Source of the DNA: Evtepia sp.
GTDB taxonomy: Bacteria > Bacillota > Clostridia > Lachnospirales > Lachnospiraceae
NCBI GenBank assembly: GCA_963597265.1
Contig: CAVBPJ010000005.1
Coordinates: 582-64,581 of the forward strand
Length of the DNA stretch: 64,000 nt
Direction of reading: 5' to 3'
In this document: one piece after another, positions 1 to 10,839 of the stretch
Layout of the letters: each line of letters begins with the position of its first letter
Position numbering within the stretch: the stretch's first letter is position 1
The notes under the pieces: model-generated
What the model saw: the letters and a program-made list of their open reading frames with translations, nothing else
Database searches by the model: none
What the model was told of the DNA's origin: nothing
Made by a program: the position numbers and the translations under genes

Positions 1-249
1 AAGCGGTTTTATGTTGGCACACTGACTGAATTCTTCTTTAGTCATTCTAGTTGTTCCAACATTCATATTTCCTGACATATCATACTGCTGGTATCCCATA
101 TTATTCTGCTGATATCCAGCCGCATTGTTCTGCTGATATCCAGCTCCATTGTTCTGCTGCACATTTGCATTGACCTCTAATGGTGCTCCACAACTTTTAC
201 AGAATCTTGCCCCCTGTTCGTTTGCTCTTCCACATGATTGACATATCAT
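1..249 (-). CDS. Zinc-ribbon domain protein, 5' part only (runs off the window)
   Basis: Own translation: ATG at 249 after GGGAGGA; MICQSCGRANEQGARFCKSCGAPLE (CxxC...CxxC), then QQNN-G-Y repeats. Not in the ORF track. Confidence 0.85.
   Translation of the reverse strand, partial: MICQSCGRANEQGARFCKSCGAPLEVNANVQQNNGAGYQQNNAAGYQQNNMGYQQYDMSGNMNVGTTRMTKEEFSQCANIKPL
85..160. repeat. Intragenic 21-24 nt tandem repeat encoding GYQQNN-type units
   Basis: ctgctg cores at 85, 106, 130 and 154; ttctgctgatatccagc occurs twice. Confidence 0.75.
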
Positions 250-267
250 CTTTCTATCCTCCCTATT

Positions 268-1041
268 TTATCTTATTGTACTGAATAGCAATCTGGTAAT
301 TGGATTGTTGTTATATAAAGTTTCCAGAAATGCATCTCTATGTATCTGTACTAATATATTAGATGCATTCTCTGTTCCACTCATAGCTGTTACAACAGTG
401 AAGAATATCCATACGACAACAAGTCCTTCTATCAATCCAACTAATACTCCACCTAACTTGTCTGCCTGCTTTATAACCGGAAGTCTTCTTATTATTCCTG
501 TTGCACTAATAATTACCCTAAGTGCTATAAATACCACTACCATTATCACTATATATATGATAGATGTCAATACAATATCTGCCAATCTTACTGATATTAT
601 TCTTAAACTTATCTCTTTAATAGAAGCCTGTCCCTGTTCATTGATAATTGTCATCAGCTCTGACTCTGGCATAGCCTTAATAGCATCTGTAAGACTTTCC
701 GGAAGATTAATTCTGTCCCCAACCTCTGCTACAGCCGCACTTATATTCTGTATGTGCTCTCCAGCCTGACTTATATCAATTCCATCCGGAATTATCTGTT
801 CATTTGAAAAATACTTGTCCACTTCCTTATTTTCTGAAAGTATTGTGTATATTGACTGTGCCACATTTTCATCAATATTAGTTCCATTCTTGATTGCAGT
901 TGTAGCAAGCGGTGCTATTATGACTGCAGCTAATATTGTTATAACCATGGATACAAGCGATAAAACAAGTCTTATCACGCCCTTTCTCCAGCCTATTATT
1001 GCAAATATTGCGAGAATCAGTATTACTCCTGTCAACAGCAT
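268..1041 (-). CDS. CvpA (colicin V production) family membrane protein
   Basis: N-terminal GWRKGVIR after a TM helix; C-terminal DKLGGVLVGLIEG and NNPI motifs typical of the family. Confidence 0.75.
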   Translation of the reverse strand: MLLTGVILILAIFAIIGWRKGVIRLVLSLVSMVITILAAVIIAPLATTAIKNGTNIDENVAQSIYTILSENKEVDKYFSNEQIIPDGIDISQAGEHIQNISAAVAEVGDRINLPESLTDAIKAMPESELMTIINEQGQASIKEISLRIISVRLADIVLTSIIYIVIMVVVFIALRVIISATGIIRRLPVIKQADKLGGVLVGLIEGLVVVWIFFTVVTAMSGTENASNILVQIHRDAFLETLYNNNPITRLLFSTIR

Positions 1042-1056
1042 ACGCCGTCCCCCTTA

Positions 1057-2325
1057 TCATTTAAGTCTAATTGATTGTATGTATTTTGAATTAACCAGTG
1101 TATAGCTTCCTCTGCTTCCTGTTGGCAGGACATCTATAACCGGCATATCAAAGCTTATATCAGCTAACTTCTTACCACGCATATTCATAAGTACAAATGA
1201 TGATGCATTACTCATTATCACACTCTTTCCATCAAACTGTACATTGGTATACTGTATGCCAAATGTTGTGTCAAACACCTGCTTGCCGGAAGTATTATAA
1301 ACTACTAATTTATATGGATCTCCAGACTCTGAGTTATCAAGTACAAGCCCTATATACTGGTCACTATAAAATACTTTTTCTATCTCGTTATCTATCTTGA
1401 TAGTGTGCTCAAGACTTGGATACTCTTTTATCTTATATATGCTTATAACATTTTCTCCAACAGCAATGGCCATTGTGTCATTAATGAACTTTACATCTCC
1501 AACTATGACATCATCGTAATTGAATCCACCAACAACTCGTTCTGTCTCATTCTTTCCTACATCTGAGAAGTTATAGAACACAACATTTGTCTTAATCTCA
1601 TCCCCACTTACCTTAATAAATGAAGCTATAAGTTTCTTCGCATCTGCTGAAATACTTATATCTATTGGATATCCATCCCCTGATAATGTTGTTTTAACAC
1701 TATATATCTTCTCTCCGTTAGTATCATACATGTTAATGTAGTTAGCATAATTATCTTCCAGAACAGCCGCCATCTTACCACTGTCTGACACTTCTATCTG
1801 AAGTATCGGCATGGAAGTATCTGCTTTACCAACCTGTCCACTCGTATTAAATGAATATGCACTGCTTCCATTAATATCTGCAACCGCTATTGAATTACCA
1901 CATATGCTGACTTTCGGATTCTGCATTGAATATGTCTGGTTCCATATTACTTTTCCATTGCTCTTATAATATGAAATACCATCATTACTATATCTTACAT
2001 ACCCATCTGCAAATGCGATGTATTTCGACGACTCTATATCATCCCTGTTCACTGAAGCAGAAATCATATATGTAGAATAATCATAGTTATCGATTACCCG
2101 CGATACTATATACGCTATTATAAGAAGAACCACAACCACTACAACTGCTATGACTGCTACTCTTGTTTTATGTCTGCGTATCTTTCTTCTGACCACAGCC
2201 TCATCGAGAACATCATCATCTGCCTCATTAGATGCTGCTGTTTCTTTATTAATATTAACAATCTTCTTTACCGGAGCATTCCTGTCTCCATTAAATCTGG
2301 ACTTTCCAGATATTATATCTGCCAT
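1057..2325 (-). CDS. Membrane-anchored beta-propeller-like protein (DUF5711-like)
   Basis: Basic patch plus a single TM near residue 55; repeated 'Y[DN]xxGK' beta-strand units. Confidence 0.6.
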   Translation of the reverse strand: MADIISGKSRFNGDRNAPVKKIVNINKETAASNEADDDVLDEAVVRRKIRRHKTRVAVIAVVVVVVLLIIAYIVSRVIDNYDYSTYMISASVNRDDIESSKYIAFADGYVRYSNDGISYYKSNGKVIWNQTYSMQNPKVSICGNSIAVADINGSSAYSFNTSGQVGKADTSMPILQIEVSDSGKMAAVLEDNYANYINMYDTNGEKIYSVKTTLSGDGYPIDISISADAKKLIASFIKVSGDEIKTNVVFYNFSDVGKNETERVVGGFNYDDVIVGDVKFINDTMAIAVGENVISIYKIKEYPSLEHTIKIDNEIEKVFYSDQYIGLVLDNSESGDPYKLVVYNTSGKQVFDTTFGIQYTNVQFDGKSVIMSNASSFVLMNMRGKKLADISFDMPVIDVLPTGSRGSYTLVNSKYIQSIRLK

Positions 2326-2387
2326 ATATTTCCCCTTTTCTATCGCATACTTATGCTGAGATAATTATACAATATTGGGGGATTTTA

Positions 2388-3548
2388 TCAAGGAAGTTTT
2401 ATCTGCTGACCTATGTAAAGTACGTTTCCATCTTTAATATTATTATAGGCTATGACTTCATTGCATTTTGATGTATCTCCATAATATCTCTTGCATATTC
2501 CCATTATTGTATCACCAGCTTTAACCGTGTATACACTTACTTCGCTTACTGTAGCTGCAACTGTCTGTTCTTCTGTCTGCTGAGGCAGGGTTACTGTTAC
2601 ATTTTCCGTTGAAGTAGCGCTTACACTTGCTGATTCGCTTTCTGTCTCTGGTTCCGTTGGATACACGCCACCTTCAAGTCTATTAACAGGAACTATATTC
2701 TCTTCCGTTGCGGTATCATTCCCTGACATCTGTACCATCAGACTGCTTATTGATTTATCAAATTTCTTCATCTTCTGATAGTTATTCATAAGATTAATGC
2801 TTATAACAAGAATTACAACTACCATAAATGCACTGACACCGTACATGAATCTTGCGCTCTTTTTCTGTTCATGCATTTCTTCTTTCTCTTTTATTATGTT
2901 TCGGATGGATTTCATAACCTTGTCCTGTCCATCTTCACACGAACTTCTTTCACGTCGTTCAAGCATATATTCCTGCATCTCGTAGTTTCTTTCATAAAAG
3001 CAGACATATCCTTTTTGTTTCTTTAGTTCACCATTCTCATACAGATAAAAATTCTCCTCCTTTTCAACTGTATCAATCAGATAAAATGTTTTCATAGAAC
3101 CTGCAAAATTATCAAGATGTATCTTCTTTAATTTCATCATTCTTTCTGGCGTAACCTCTGGAATCGCTGCAAACCAGCCAACCACTGACAAATCCGGAAA
3201 ATATTTTTCCACATCCGAATATATCCCATTCCATACATTTTCATTGAAGTATACTCCCTTTTCTTCAACTTCTGTCCCCAGTTTTGCTTTTATTATTCCC
3301 TTAATAAAAACACATTTTTCATCACCATCAGTCTGACTTTCTCCAAGAAGTACTCCTGCCTGTGAATCTGACGGATTGTTATACGCAATTGAGTTTATAT
3401 ATGTAAAAGCATAATCCTCTATATATATTTTCTTGTCAGAACTCACATCACCTATCTGTTTAATGTTTTTCGGTCTTCTTATGGCCGCACCTCTTGTAAC
3501 TTGTTTAGACTTGTCTGAATTCTCTTCATTACATATTATTTCTATCAT
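2388..3548 (-). CDS. Membrane protein with N-terminal MPN/JAB-like domain and C-terminal LysM domain
   Basis: C-terminal YTVKAGDTIMGIC...IGQQIKLP (LysM); single TM; N-terminal GVLLG...VVGWF pattern. Confidence 0.8.
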   Translation of the reverse strand: MIEIICNEENSDKSKQVTRGAAIRRPKNIKQIGDVSSDKKIYIEDYAFTYINSIAYNNPSDSQAGVLLGESQTDGDEKCVFIKGIIKAKLGTEVEEKGVYFNENVWNGIYSDVEKYFPDLSVVGWFAAIPEVTPERMMKLKKIHLDNFAGSMKTFYLIDTVEKEENFYLYENGELKKQKGYVCFYERNYEMQEYMLERRERSSCEDGQDKVMKSIRNIIKEKEEMHEQKKSARFMYGVSAFMVVVILVISINLMNNYQKMKKFDKSISSLMVQMSGNDTATEENIVPVNRLEGGVYPTEPETESESASVSATSTENVTVTLPQQTEEQTVAATVSEVSVYTVKAGDTIMGICKRYYGDTSKCNEVIAYNNIKDGNVLYIGQQIKLP

Positions 3549-3724
3549 GGTGCCTCCTTATACTATTACTCGCTTGAATAATAGCACTGTCTAAAGAAAA
3601 AAATTATCAGATTTTGTCACCAATCCAAAAAATATCAAAAACATTTTTTGTAATAATTATCAGTGCAATGGCGTACACATTATAAAGAGCCTGTCCGGGC
3701 TTTCAAAATGTTCAGGAGGAAATT

Positions 3725-4309
3725 ATGCTTTATTATTTTGATTCCAAAAATCCCAAAGCACCATCTCAGATAGGACAAATTCTTACCAATATGGTCACTA
3801 ATAACATTCTTCCTGATCAGGAAATTATAATTCTCTGCATAGGAAGCGACCGTTCAACAGGAGACAGTCTCGGTCCTATAATAGGTCACAAGTTCCGGAA
3901 CTTTATTACACCCGGTCTTTATCTTCTTGGCGACCTTGACCAGCCTGTTCATGCCGCCAATCTGAATTACTGCATAAAGTCCATTCAAAAGACTTTCGAC
4001 AATCCTTTCATAATTGCGATTGACGCCTCATTAGGTAAAGAAGAACACATTGGTATGATTACACTTGGAAAAGGTCCGTTAAAACCTGGACTTGGCGTAA
4101 AAAAAAGATTGCCTGAAGTTGGCGATATCCACATCACAGGAATTGTCAATTCTTCCCATGACACGGCATCTTCCACACTTCAGACAACCCGTCTGGCCAT
4201 TATATTTCAGATAGCTGATGCTATCGTTCTTGCATTAAGAATATTTAATGACGATTATTATATACAGCAAGCGCCTGAGCTATCGTATCTGCTGAGTCAG
4301 ACTTCATAA
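3725..4309 (+). CDS. yyaC: Spore protease YyaC
   Basis: LCIGSDRSTGDSLGP, PVHAANL, IAIDASLG, PGLGVKKRLPEVGDIHITGIVN motifs; AGGAGG RBS. Confidence 0.9.
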   Translation: MLYYFDSKNPKAPSQIGQILTNMVTNNILPDQEIIILCIGSDRSTGDSLGPIIGHKFRNFITPGLYLLGDLDQPVHAANLNYCIKSIQKTFDNPFIIAIDASLGKEEHIGMITLGKGPLKPGLGVKKRLPEVGDIHITGIVNSSHDTASSTLQTTRLAIIFQIADAIVLALRIFNDDYYIQQAPELSYLLSQTS

Positions 4310-5336
4310 TAGAATTCAGTTCTGAGAGCTTATCGAGATTAATAAATTCCTTACCAAGATATGCCTCATAGTTAGATGATATATATATTCGCTGTTTCTT
4401 TACTAAATCATCCAGCTCATCATACTCTGTTTTCTTTTTATCAAGTTCTGTTTCCATATTGCTTATTTTGTCAGCATAACGCTCATTGATTTCTGAGATT
4501 ATATCAGCCTTGGTATTCTTTTCAAATTCTTCCAGGGCTGCATTCTTTTCTTCTTCAATGCGTGCTATATCATCATGTAAAGCATTAATATCAGAATCAA
4601 ATGATTCAAGTCCATACATATCTTCATTCTTATCTTTTCTGATATTCTTCTCAATCTTCTTAATACGTTTCTTATTATCTGTTATCTGTATTCTTGTATT
4701 CTGTGCAGCCATTATAGTCTCAGCATGCTTCAATACAACTTTTCTGAAAATACATTTGATAACAATAACACTTACAACAGTTATTACCGTACAATATACC
4801 AAAAGTATCCACTGTGGAATCATTGGCAGTAAAAATAATACAACTGGAACAGCTATAAATAGAAGTAACATAATTGCTATATCTATTACATAGTCACGCA
4901 GTTTCTTTGGATTAAACACTGCTATGAATAACTGGCTATTAAAGAATTTAGAAATATTCTCATGTATAAATGCTTCATTAATCTGGTCAGCAAGGTCTTC
5001 ATTCTGAGCCCTTAACGATGCTGTTTCTGCATTGATACGTTCTTTAACTCCAGCCATCTTGGCTTTATCTCTTGCAGCGGAAACATCTTTAATCTTGTCT
5101 TTATCCGCATTAATAGACTTATCATAACCGTCACATATAGCATCTGTACTCGCTTTTATCTTAGAGTCCATTTCATTCTGCTTTTCTTTTCTTGCATTAT
5201 CTAATTCCTTAGAAATGTCTTTAACACTTTCTGCAAGCTTCTCGAGTCTTTCTTTCTTTGCAGTATGCTCTTTTATGTCTCCAATAATCTGCTCAAGCTT
5301 CTTCTGATTACCATTCAGTATATTCTGTTCTGCCAT
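4245..5336 (-). CDS. Hypothetical coiled-coil protein with two central TM helices
   Basis: 363-aa ORF; K/E-rich heptad segments flank a hydrophobic hairpin. Confidence 0.7.
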   Translation of the reverse strand: MAEQNILNGNQKKLEQIIGDIKEHTAKKERLEKLAESVKDISKELDNARKEKQNEMDSKIKASTDAICDGYDKSINADKDKIKDVSAARDKAKMAGVKERINAETASLRAQNEDLADQINEAFIHENISKFFNSQLFIAVFNPKKLRDYVIDIAIMLLLFIAVPVVLFLLPMIPQWILLVYCTVITVVSVIVIKCIFRKVVLKHAETIMAAQNTRIQITDNKKRIKKIEKNIRKDKNEDMYGLESFDSDINALHDDIARIEEEKNAALEEFEKNTKADIISEINERYADKISNMETELDKKKTEYDELDDLVKKQRIYISSNYEAYLGKEFINLDKLSELNSIMKSDSADTIAQALAVYNNRH

Positions 5337-5375
5337 CGATCCACCAACTTCCGTATATACTAATAATTCATCTAA

Positions 5376-7664
5376 TTACTTATTCTCACGATAATAATTG
5401 ATAAGACAACCATCAAGAATTATCTGTCTCTCATCATCTGTAAGTTCATCAAGCTTAAGTTCAAACTCTTTCATATCTTTATTAACAACAAAAGCCTTGA
5501 TTGTAGATACCTTATTCTTAATAGCATCCTGAATCTCTGGAATAAAGATATAGTCTCCATTCTCAAATGGAAGTTCTCCCTTATCAATAATAAATGGAAG
5601 CATACCCCAGTTGATAAGGTTAGAACGATATCTCTTAGTAGCATATTCATTAGCTATATTAGCCCATCCGCCAAGTACCTTCTGGCATGAAGCAGCCTGT
5701 TCTCTTGCTGATCCATCACCCGGCTTAACTGCGAATATAGTACTTCCTACACCAACATTAGACTTATGAACATCATATGTTTCTTTAATCTTATGCATGA
5801 TATCTCTAAGTTCTGGTAAAGCTTCTCCCATGCACTGACCGGCTTCTCTTGCCTTCTCTGCCTTCTGTACTTCCTTAGCACGTCCTACATATGCAGGATC
5901 CTTTCTTGAAAGTGCAAATTCAGCAAGACCAAGAGGATTAGATCTGAATGATGATGTCTCTCCTGATGGAATAAGTTCATCTGTTGTTGTAACAGGATCA
6001 TGTATTTCAGATACAACCTTAATAATAAGGTTCTCTGGAAGTGCAACCATCTCTGGCCAGTCCTTGATATTAGGGCCGAACTGGATTTCCTGATCTGGAT
6101 CTGCAACACCCTTACTGTCAAATACTCTGTTAGCATAGATTGAGCTGTCAAAATGATATGCTGGTCCTGTGAATTCTACATCCATATCTGTTGCTGCTGT
6201 AAGGAATCCCTTATTAGCTGCTGTTGCTGCGATAGAACGTGCATCCATAAGTGCAACAGATGATATCTGACCATTCTGTAACTTAGAACCTTCTCTGTTA
6301 GGGAAGTTTCTTGTTGAATGTCTGATTGAGAACGCATTATTAGCAGGTGTATCTCCTGCACCAAAGCATGGTCCACAGAATGCAGTCTTAACAATTGCAC
6401 CTGTTTCCATAAGGTCTGCAAGTCTTCCGTTTCTTGCAAGTTCAACATAAATAGGTGTACTTGCAGGATATACGCTAAGTGTAAACTCATCTGCACCAAT
6501 AGACTTTCCTTTAAGGATGTCTGCTGCTGCACATATATTCTCAAAACCACCACCAGCACATCCGGCGATAATTCCCTGATCTACATAAAGCTTACCATTC
6601 TTAATCTTATCTGTAAGCTTATATTCAACCTGTCCATCAAGACTTACAAGAGCCTTCTTCTCTACATCATGAAGAATATCCTCAAGGTTAGCATTAAGTT
6701 CTTCAATTGTATAAGTATTGCTTGGATGGAATGGCATAGCAATCATTGGCTTGATTGTACTTAAGTCTACATATACAACACCATCGTAATAAGCAACATT
6801 TCCAGGATTAAGTTCCTTATAGCTCTCACTTCTTCCGTGAATATCATAGAATTCCTTAACCTTATCATCTGTTCTCCAGATAGATGAAAGACATGTTGTC
6901 TCTGTAGTCATAACATCTACGCCAATTCTGAAATCAGCACTAAGAGATGAAACACCAGGTCCAACGAACTCCATAACCTTATTCTTAACATAACCGTTAC
7001 CGAATACAGCACCAATAATAGCAAGTGCAACATCCTGAGGACCAACACCCTTTGCTGGTTCTCCTGTCATATAGATAGCTACTACTCCAGGTCTGTTAAT
7101 ATCATATGTCTTATTAAGAAGCTGCTTAACAAGCTCAGGACCACCCTCGCCCATAGCCATTGTTCCAAGAGCACCATAACGTGTATGACTGTCTGATCCA
7201 AGAATCATCTTTCCACCCTCAGCCAGCATCTCTCTTGCAAACTGGTGGATTACTGCCTGATGAGGTGGTACATATATTCCACCATATTTCTTTGCACATG
7301 TAAGTCCAAACATATGGTCATCTTCATTAATAGTTCCACCAACAGCACAGAGACTGTTATGGCAGTTAGTAAGTACATAAGGAATTGGGAATTTCTCAAG
7401 ACCTGAAGCTCTTGCTGTCTGGATAATTCCAACAAATGTAATATCATGTGAAGTCATCTTATCAAACTTAATCTTTAACTTCTCCATGTTTCCAGATGTG
7501 TTATGGCTTTCAAGAATTCCATATGCAATAGTATTCTTGGCAGCATCTTCTTTAGTTACTGAACATCCTGTCTTGGCAGCTACTTCATTCACAGCCGAAG
7601 CACTATCTTCTACAATGTCAACGCCATTGATAAGATATGCCCCTCCATCACTTAATTTAATCAT
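5376..7664 (-). CDS. Aconitase-family hydratase (YbhJ-like)
   Basis: GSDSHTR, AGCAGG, CGPCFG Fe-S cysteines, [20 protein letters not shown]. Confidence 0.9.
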   Translation of the reverse strand: MIKLSDGGAYLINGVDIVEDSASAVNEVAAKTGCSVTKEDAAKNTIAYGILESHNTSGNMEKLKIKFDKMTSHDITFVGIIQTARASGLEKFPIPYVLTNCHNSLCAVGGTINEDDHMFGLTCAKKYGGIYVPPHQAVIHQFAREMLAEGGKMILGSDSHTRYGALGTMAMGEGGPELVKQLLNKTYDINRPGVVAIYMTGEPAKGVGPQDVALAIIGAVFGNGYVKNKVMEFVGPGVSSLSADFRIGVDVMTTETTCLSSIWRTDDKVKEFYDIHGRSESYKELNPGNVAYYDGVVYVDLSTIKPMIAMPFHPSNTYTIEELNANLEDILHDVEKKALVSLDGQVEYKLTDKIKNGKLYVDQGIIAGCAGGGFENICAAADILKGKSIGADEFTLSVYPASTPIYVELARNGRLADLMETGAIVKTAFCGPCFGAGDTPANNAFSIRHSTRNFPNREGSKLQNGQISSVALMDARSIAATAANKGFLTAATDMDVEFTGPAYHFDSSIYANRVFDSKGVADPDQEIQFGPNIKDWPEMVALPENLIIKVVSEIHDPVTTTDELIPSGETSSFRSNPLGLAEFALSRKDPAYVGRAKEVQKAEKAREAGQCMGEALPELRDIMHKIKETYDVHKSNVGVGSTIFAVKPGDGSAREQAASCQKVLGGWANIANEYATKRYRSNLINWGMLPFIIDKGELPFENGDYIFIPEIQDAIKNKVSTIKAFVVNKDMKEFELKLDELTDDERQIILDGCLINYYRENK

Positions 7665-7746
7665 GTTTTCTCCTCTTTCTTTATATCATTACGGTTTCCC
7701 GCTTAATAAACCATATCTATATAACTCTGTTATAATCATCGCAATA

Positions 7747-8163
7747 TTAGAGATAAGGTGTAACCTTTTCTACAATTGATGCTACAGTATCACTGTCTGC
7801 AGTTCCCGGAACCCAGCCAACATTAACTGTATCACCTTTAATTCTAGGAATAATATGCATATGAAAATGAAATACTGTCTGCCCTGCTACTTCTCCATTG
7901 TTCTGAACAATATTAAGTCCATCAAAATCCAGTGCTTTCTTATATGCTTTAGAAATCTTAGCTGCCACCTTAAATACATGAGCAGCAGTGTCATCATCAA
8001 GTTCATATATATTGTCAAAATGTTCCTTCGGCAATATAAGTACATGTCCTTTAGCGGCAGGATTGGCATCGAAAATAACTTTTACGATATCATCCTCATA
8101 AAGAGCATTCGTTGGAATCTCGCCGTTTGCCAGCTTGCAAAAAATACAATCATCCTTTTTCAT
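7747..8163 (-). CDS. hit: HIT family nucleotide hydrolase
   Basis: DCIFCK, GHVLILPKEH, AGQTVFHFHMHIIPR histidine triad. Confidence 0.95.
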   Translation of the reverse strand: MKKDDCIFCKLANGEIPTNALYEDDIVKVIFDANPAAKGHVLILPKEHFDNIYELDDDTAAHVFKVAAKISKAYKKALDFDGLNIVQNNGEVAGQTVFHFHMHIIPRIKGDTVNVGWVPGTADSDTVASIVEKVTPYL

Positions 8164-8189
8164 ACTATTTCCTCACTTTGCGCGAAATT

Positions 8190-8234
8190 TGTCGAAATAC
8201 TTTTGTTTACATGTATTTCTAATATGTATATACT
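8190..8234 (+). promoter_or_regulatory. Sigma-A promoter with upstream Spo0A (0A) box
   Basis: TGTCGAA at 8190-8196; TTTACA (8206-8211), 17 nt, TATACT (8229-8234). Confidence 0.5.
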
Positions 8235-8320
8235 TTAATATCATAACTTAAACAGGGTTCGATTACAACCTTGTAGCAAAAAACTTATCAAATTAATGTT
8301 TGAAAGGACATATCATAATA

Positions 8321-9061
8321 ATGTTAAACTTTGATGAATATCAGCAATTATGCAGATTAATTGAATCCAATCCTGAGTTAGAGCCAATAGTTAACAATAT
8401 GTCATCATTCTCTCTTTCAGAGCTGTCAATTGATTCCCATGACATTAAGAATTATATTGCATACATGAAAACAACTTTTCAGCTTCTTAAGAAAAAATCC
8501 CCTGAAATATGTGATAATCCATATTTCAACCGTATGGAAAAAGTTATATCGCAGCTCATATATCATATGGAAAGAACAACTCTATACAGATACAGCATGA
8601 AGAAAACTGAAAAAGAGCCTGTCAGTATCAACGATATCATGTATGAGATTCCTGATATAATCGATGATACACTTGATAATTCCTGCGAATTCTCTTTCTG
8701 TCTGAATGAAACACCTGATATTCTTATTAATCCTGAACACTTAAAAACTCTTCTTACCGAAGCTGTCCTCAATGCATGTGAAGCATCCGGATGCACCGGT
8801 GAAATAACATTAATAACTAAGAAAGAGATTTCCGGTGTATTAGTTCAGATTGTAAATAACCGCATTATTTCTGACAAGAATCCGTCTGATAATGCTCCGC
8901 TTGATTACAACCAGCTTATCAAACCATTCTTTTCCACAAAAAAAGAACATGTTGGTGTCGGACTTTCAATTATCCATCAGATATGTCTTTCTAATAATGC
9001 CAAAGCTGATATATACGAGCATGAGGAAAAAACTGTCTTGTCTATATTATTTCAACAATAA
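8321..9061 (+). CDS. Orphan cytoplasmic histidine kinase-like protein (HisKA-like + HATPase)
   Basis: H-box SHDIKN, N-box EAVLNACEA, PFFSTK, GVGLSI; no TM and no adjacent regulator. Start uncertain (8300 TTG or 8321 ATG). Confidence 0.75.
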   Translation: MLNFDEYQQLCRLIESNPELEPIVNNMSSFSLSELSIDSHDIKNYIAYMKTTFQLLKKKSPEICDNPYFNRMEKVISQLIYHMERTTLYRYSMKKTEKEPVSINDIMYEIPDIIDDTLDNSCEFSFCLNETPDILINPEHLKTLLTEAVLNACEASGCTGEITLITKKEISGVLVQIVNNRIISDKNPSDNAPLDYNQLIKPFFSTKKEHVGVGLSIIHQICLSNNAKADIYEHEEKTVLSILFQQ

Positions 9062-10493
9062 ATGATATGGCAGCAAGCTTTAATATATCTCCATTATGGA
9101 GTTCTTTCTTTTCATGATTACCCAGCCTTTCTCCATTAAGATATGTTCCATTGGTTGCATTAAGGTCCTCAACCAGATACTTATCTTCTTTGAAATCTTC
9201 ATGATATATACAGCAATGCATTCTGCTGACAACCTGCGCCTTAATCACGACATCTGACATTTTATCAAAGCTTCCTAATACATATGGATACTTATCCATA
9301 TGTATTACATTATCATTATTCTGCACCCCTCTTATATATATCTGCACATTTCCTATAAGTTCTTCATCCTGCAATATAAGATTTAACGTCTTTTTCCTGT
9401 TAATCTCCGGCATATAATCTGACAACAGCATTGTCTCATTACATATGTCATCATAGGAAATTGTATTCTCCTTCTGTTCTTTCTTACGCTCTTTTTGCTG
9501 CTCCTGCCGTTTTTCTTCTTTCGTTTCATCCTTTACAGAATAAGGAATTGCCTGTTTTTCTGATACAACAACGGTTCTGACATGCTTAGTACCCCTTTTC
9601 TTAAGCGAAGTAAGCATTCCGACGCCAGCTCCAATACATATAAAACTCAATATTGACGGAACATTATACGGAATAACTCCCGGTGCCAGTAAATTAACCA
9701 GTCCAAATACCATAACTACAGCAGCAATTATTATGCGCGCTGATTTAGTGTCATGTTTATCAGATTTCTCCTCTACATCAGATACAATCTGCTCTGGCAT
9801 AACAGTCTTAACCTGCTTCTTTTCGACAGACCGCTTATTACTCTCCATGTTATTACTCTCAATATTATTGCCGGTATTGTTTTCTATGTTATCTGCTATA
9901 TTATCTTCTGTATTATCAGTCTCTGTTTTCTTCCTTGTAACCACTCCAAACATTCTCATCAGATTGTATGGATCATAATCACCAACTATCACTTTCTGAT
10001 AAACCTCATACAACTTAACAATGCTCTCTTTATCAAGACTATGGTCAAAATGCTCCAGAATGAATTCAAATAAAATTTTAAGACTCTCATTAAATGTATG
10101 ATTATTCAATCTGGTATGATATACAAACTGCAGTTTCTTTGTTCCTACATCCATATATATGTATCTTGGTTCTATCTTTACATGGTCAATATCAAGCATA
10201 TAATCTTCTGCTATTCTCACCATCTCTGATATATTGACACATATGGATTTAACATCTTCCATTGTCATCTTTCCATATTCATAATATTTGCTAAGCTGTT
10301 GTCTTGATGTAATATCATAATAAATACCATATCTGCCATTAACCGAATACATTGAAAAATGCAAAAAATGCTCTGGTTTATTGCGTTTCAACATCTTATA
10401 CTGATAATCTTCATACTCATCAGAATCCTCTATCACAAGGTAATTACTGTTATTCTGATGCTCATACCTGATATTAATATCTTCCTTCTCCAA
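9042..10493 (-). CDS. DUF6382-like N-terminal domain, two TM helices and C-terminal FHA domain (tad-associated)
   Basis: FHA motifs VSRMHC and DLNATNGTYLNG; TTG start at 10493 lies 7 nt after GAGGAGGT. Confidence 0.8.
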   Translation of the reverse strand: MEKEDINIRYEHQNNSNYLVIEDSDEYEDYQYKMLKRNKPEHFLHFSMYSVNGRYGIYYDITSRQQLSKYYEYGKMTMEDVKSICVNISEMVRIAEDYMLDIDHVKIEPRYIYMDVGTKKLQFVYHTRLNNHTFNESLKILFEFILEHFDHSLDKESIVKLYEVYQKVIVGDYDPYNLMRMFGVVTRKKTETDNTEDNIADNIENNTGNNIESNNMESNKRSVEKKQVKTVMPEQIVSDVEEKSDKHDTKSARIIIAAVVMVFGLVNLLAPGVIPYNVPSILSFICIGAGVGMLTSLKKRGTKHVRTVVVSEKQAIPYSVKDETKEEKRQEQQKERKKEQKENTISYDDICNETMLLSDYMPEINRKKTLNLILQDEELIGNVQIYIRGVQNNDNVIHMDKYPYVLGSFDKMSDVVIKAQVVSRMHCCIYHEDFKEDKYLVEDLNATNGTYLNGERLGNHEKKELHNGDILKLAAISFIVEII

Positions 10494-10506
10494 TACCAAA
10501 ACCTCC

Positions 10507-10839
10507 TCAATCAATCCCCAGTTTTCTCAACGCATTAAATATTCTTATTGCTTTCTCTGGTGAATTCGTCTTTACGAGTGATGAATCCCCATCCACCTTA
10601 TAATCATTAAGAAAAATTGTTCTCTCTTTTAAATACTGTGATGCTTCTTCATCATATATCTGTTCATCATCTCTATCAAAATCATTCAATTCCGCCTGCA
10701 CAACTACCTGACTGTTAACACTCGTCTTTATAAGTTCATCATGCATATTGCAGCACACTCTCAGCATTACTACAATTATTATCATAAACATAGGTACTAT
10801 TACCGCATTTTCAACAGTATATGATGCTTTTATCCGCAT
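10507..10839 (-). CDS. TadE-like minor pilin
   Basis: MRIKA|SYTVENAVIVP with E at +5 followed by a TM helix; start moved to ATG 10839. Confidence 0.75.
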   Translation of the reverse strand: MRIKASYTVENAVIVPMFMIIIVVMLRVCCNMHDELIKTSVNSQVVVQAELNDFDRDDEQIYDEEASQYLKERTIFLNDYKVDGDSSLVKTNSPEKAIRIFNALRKLGID

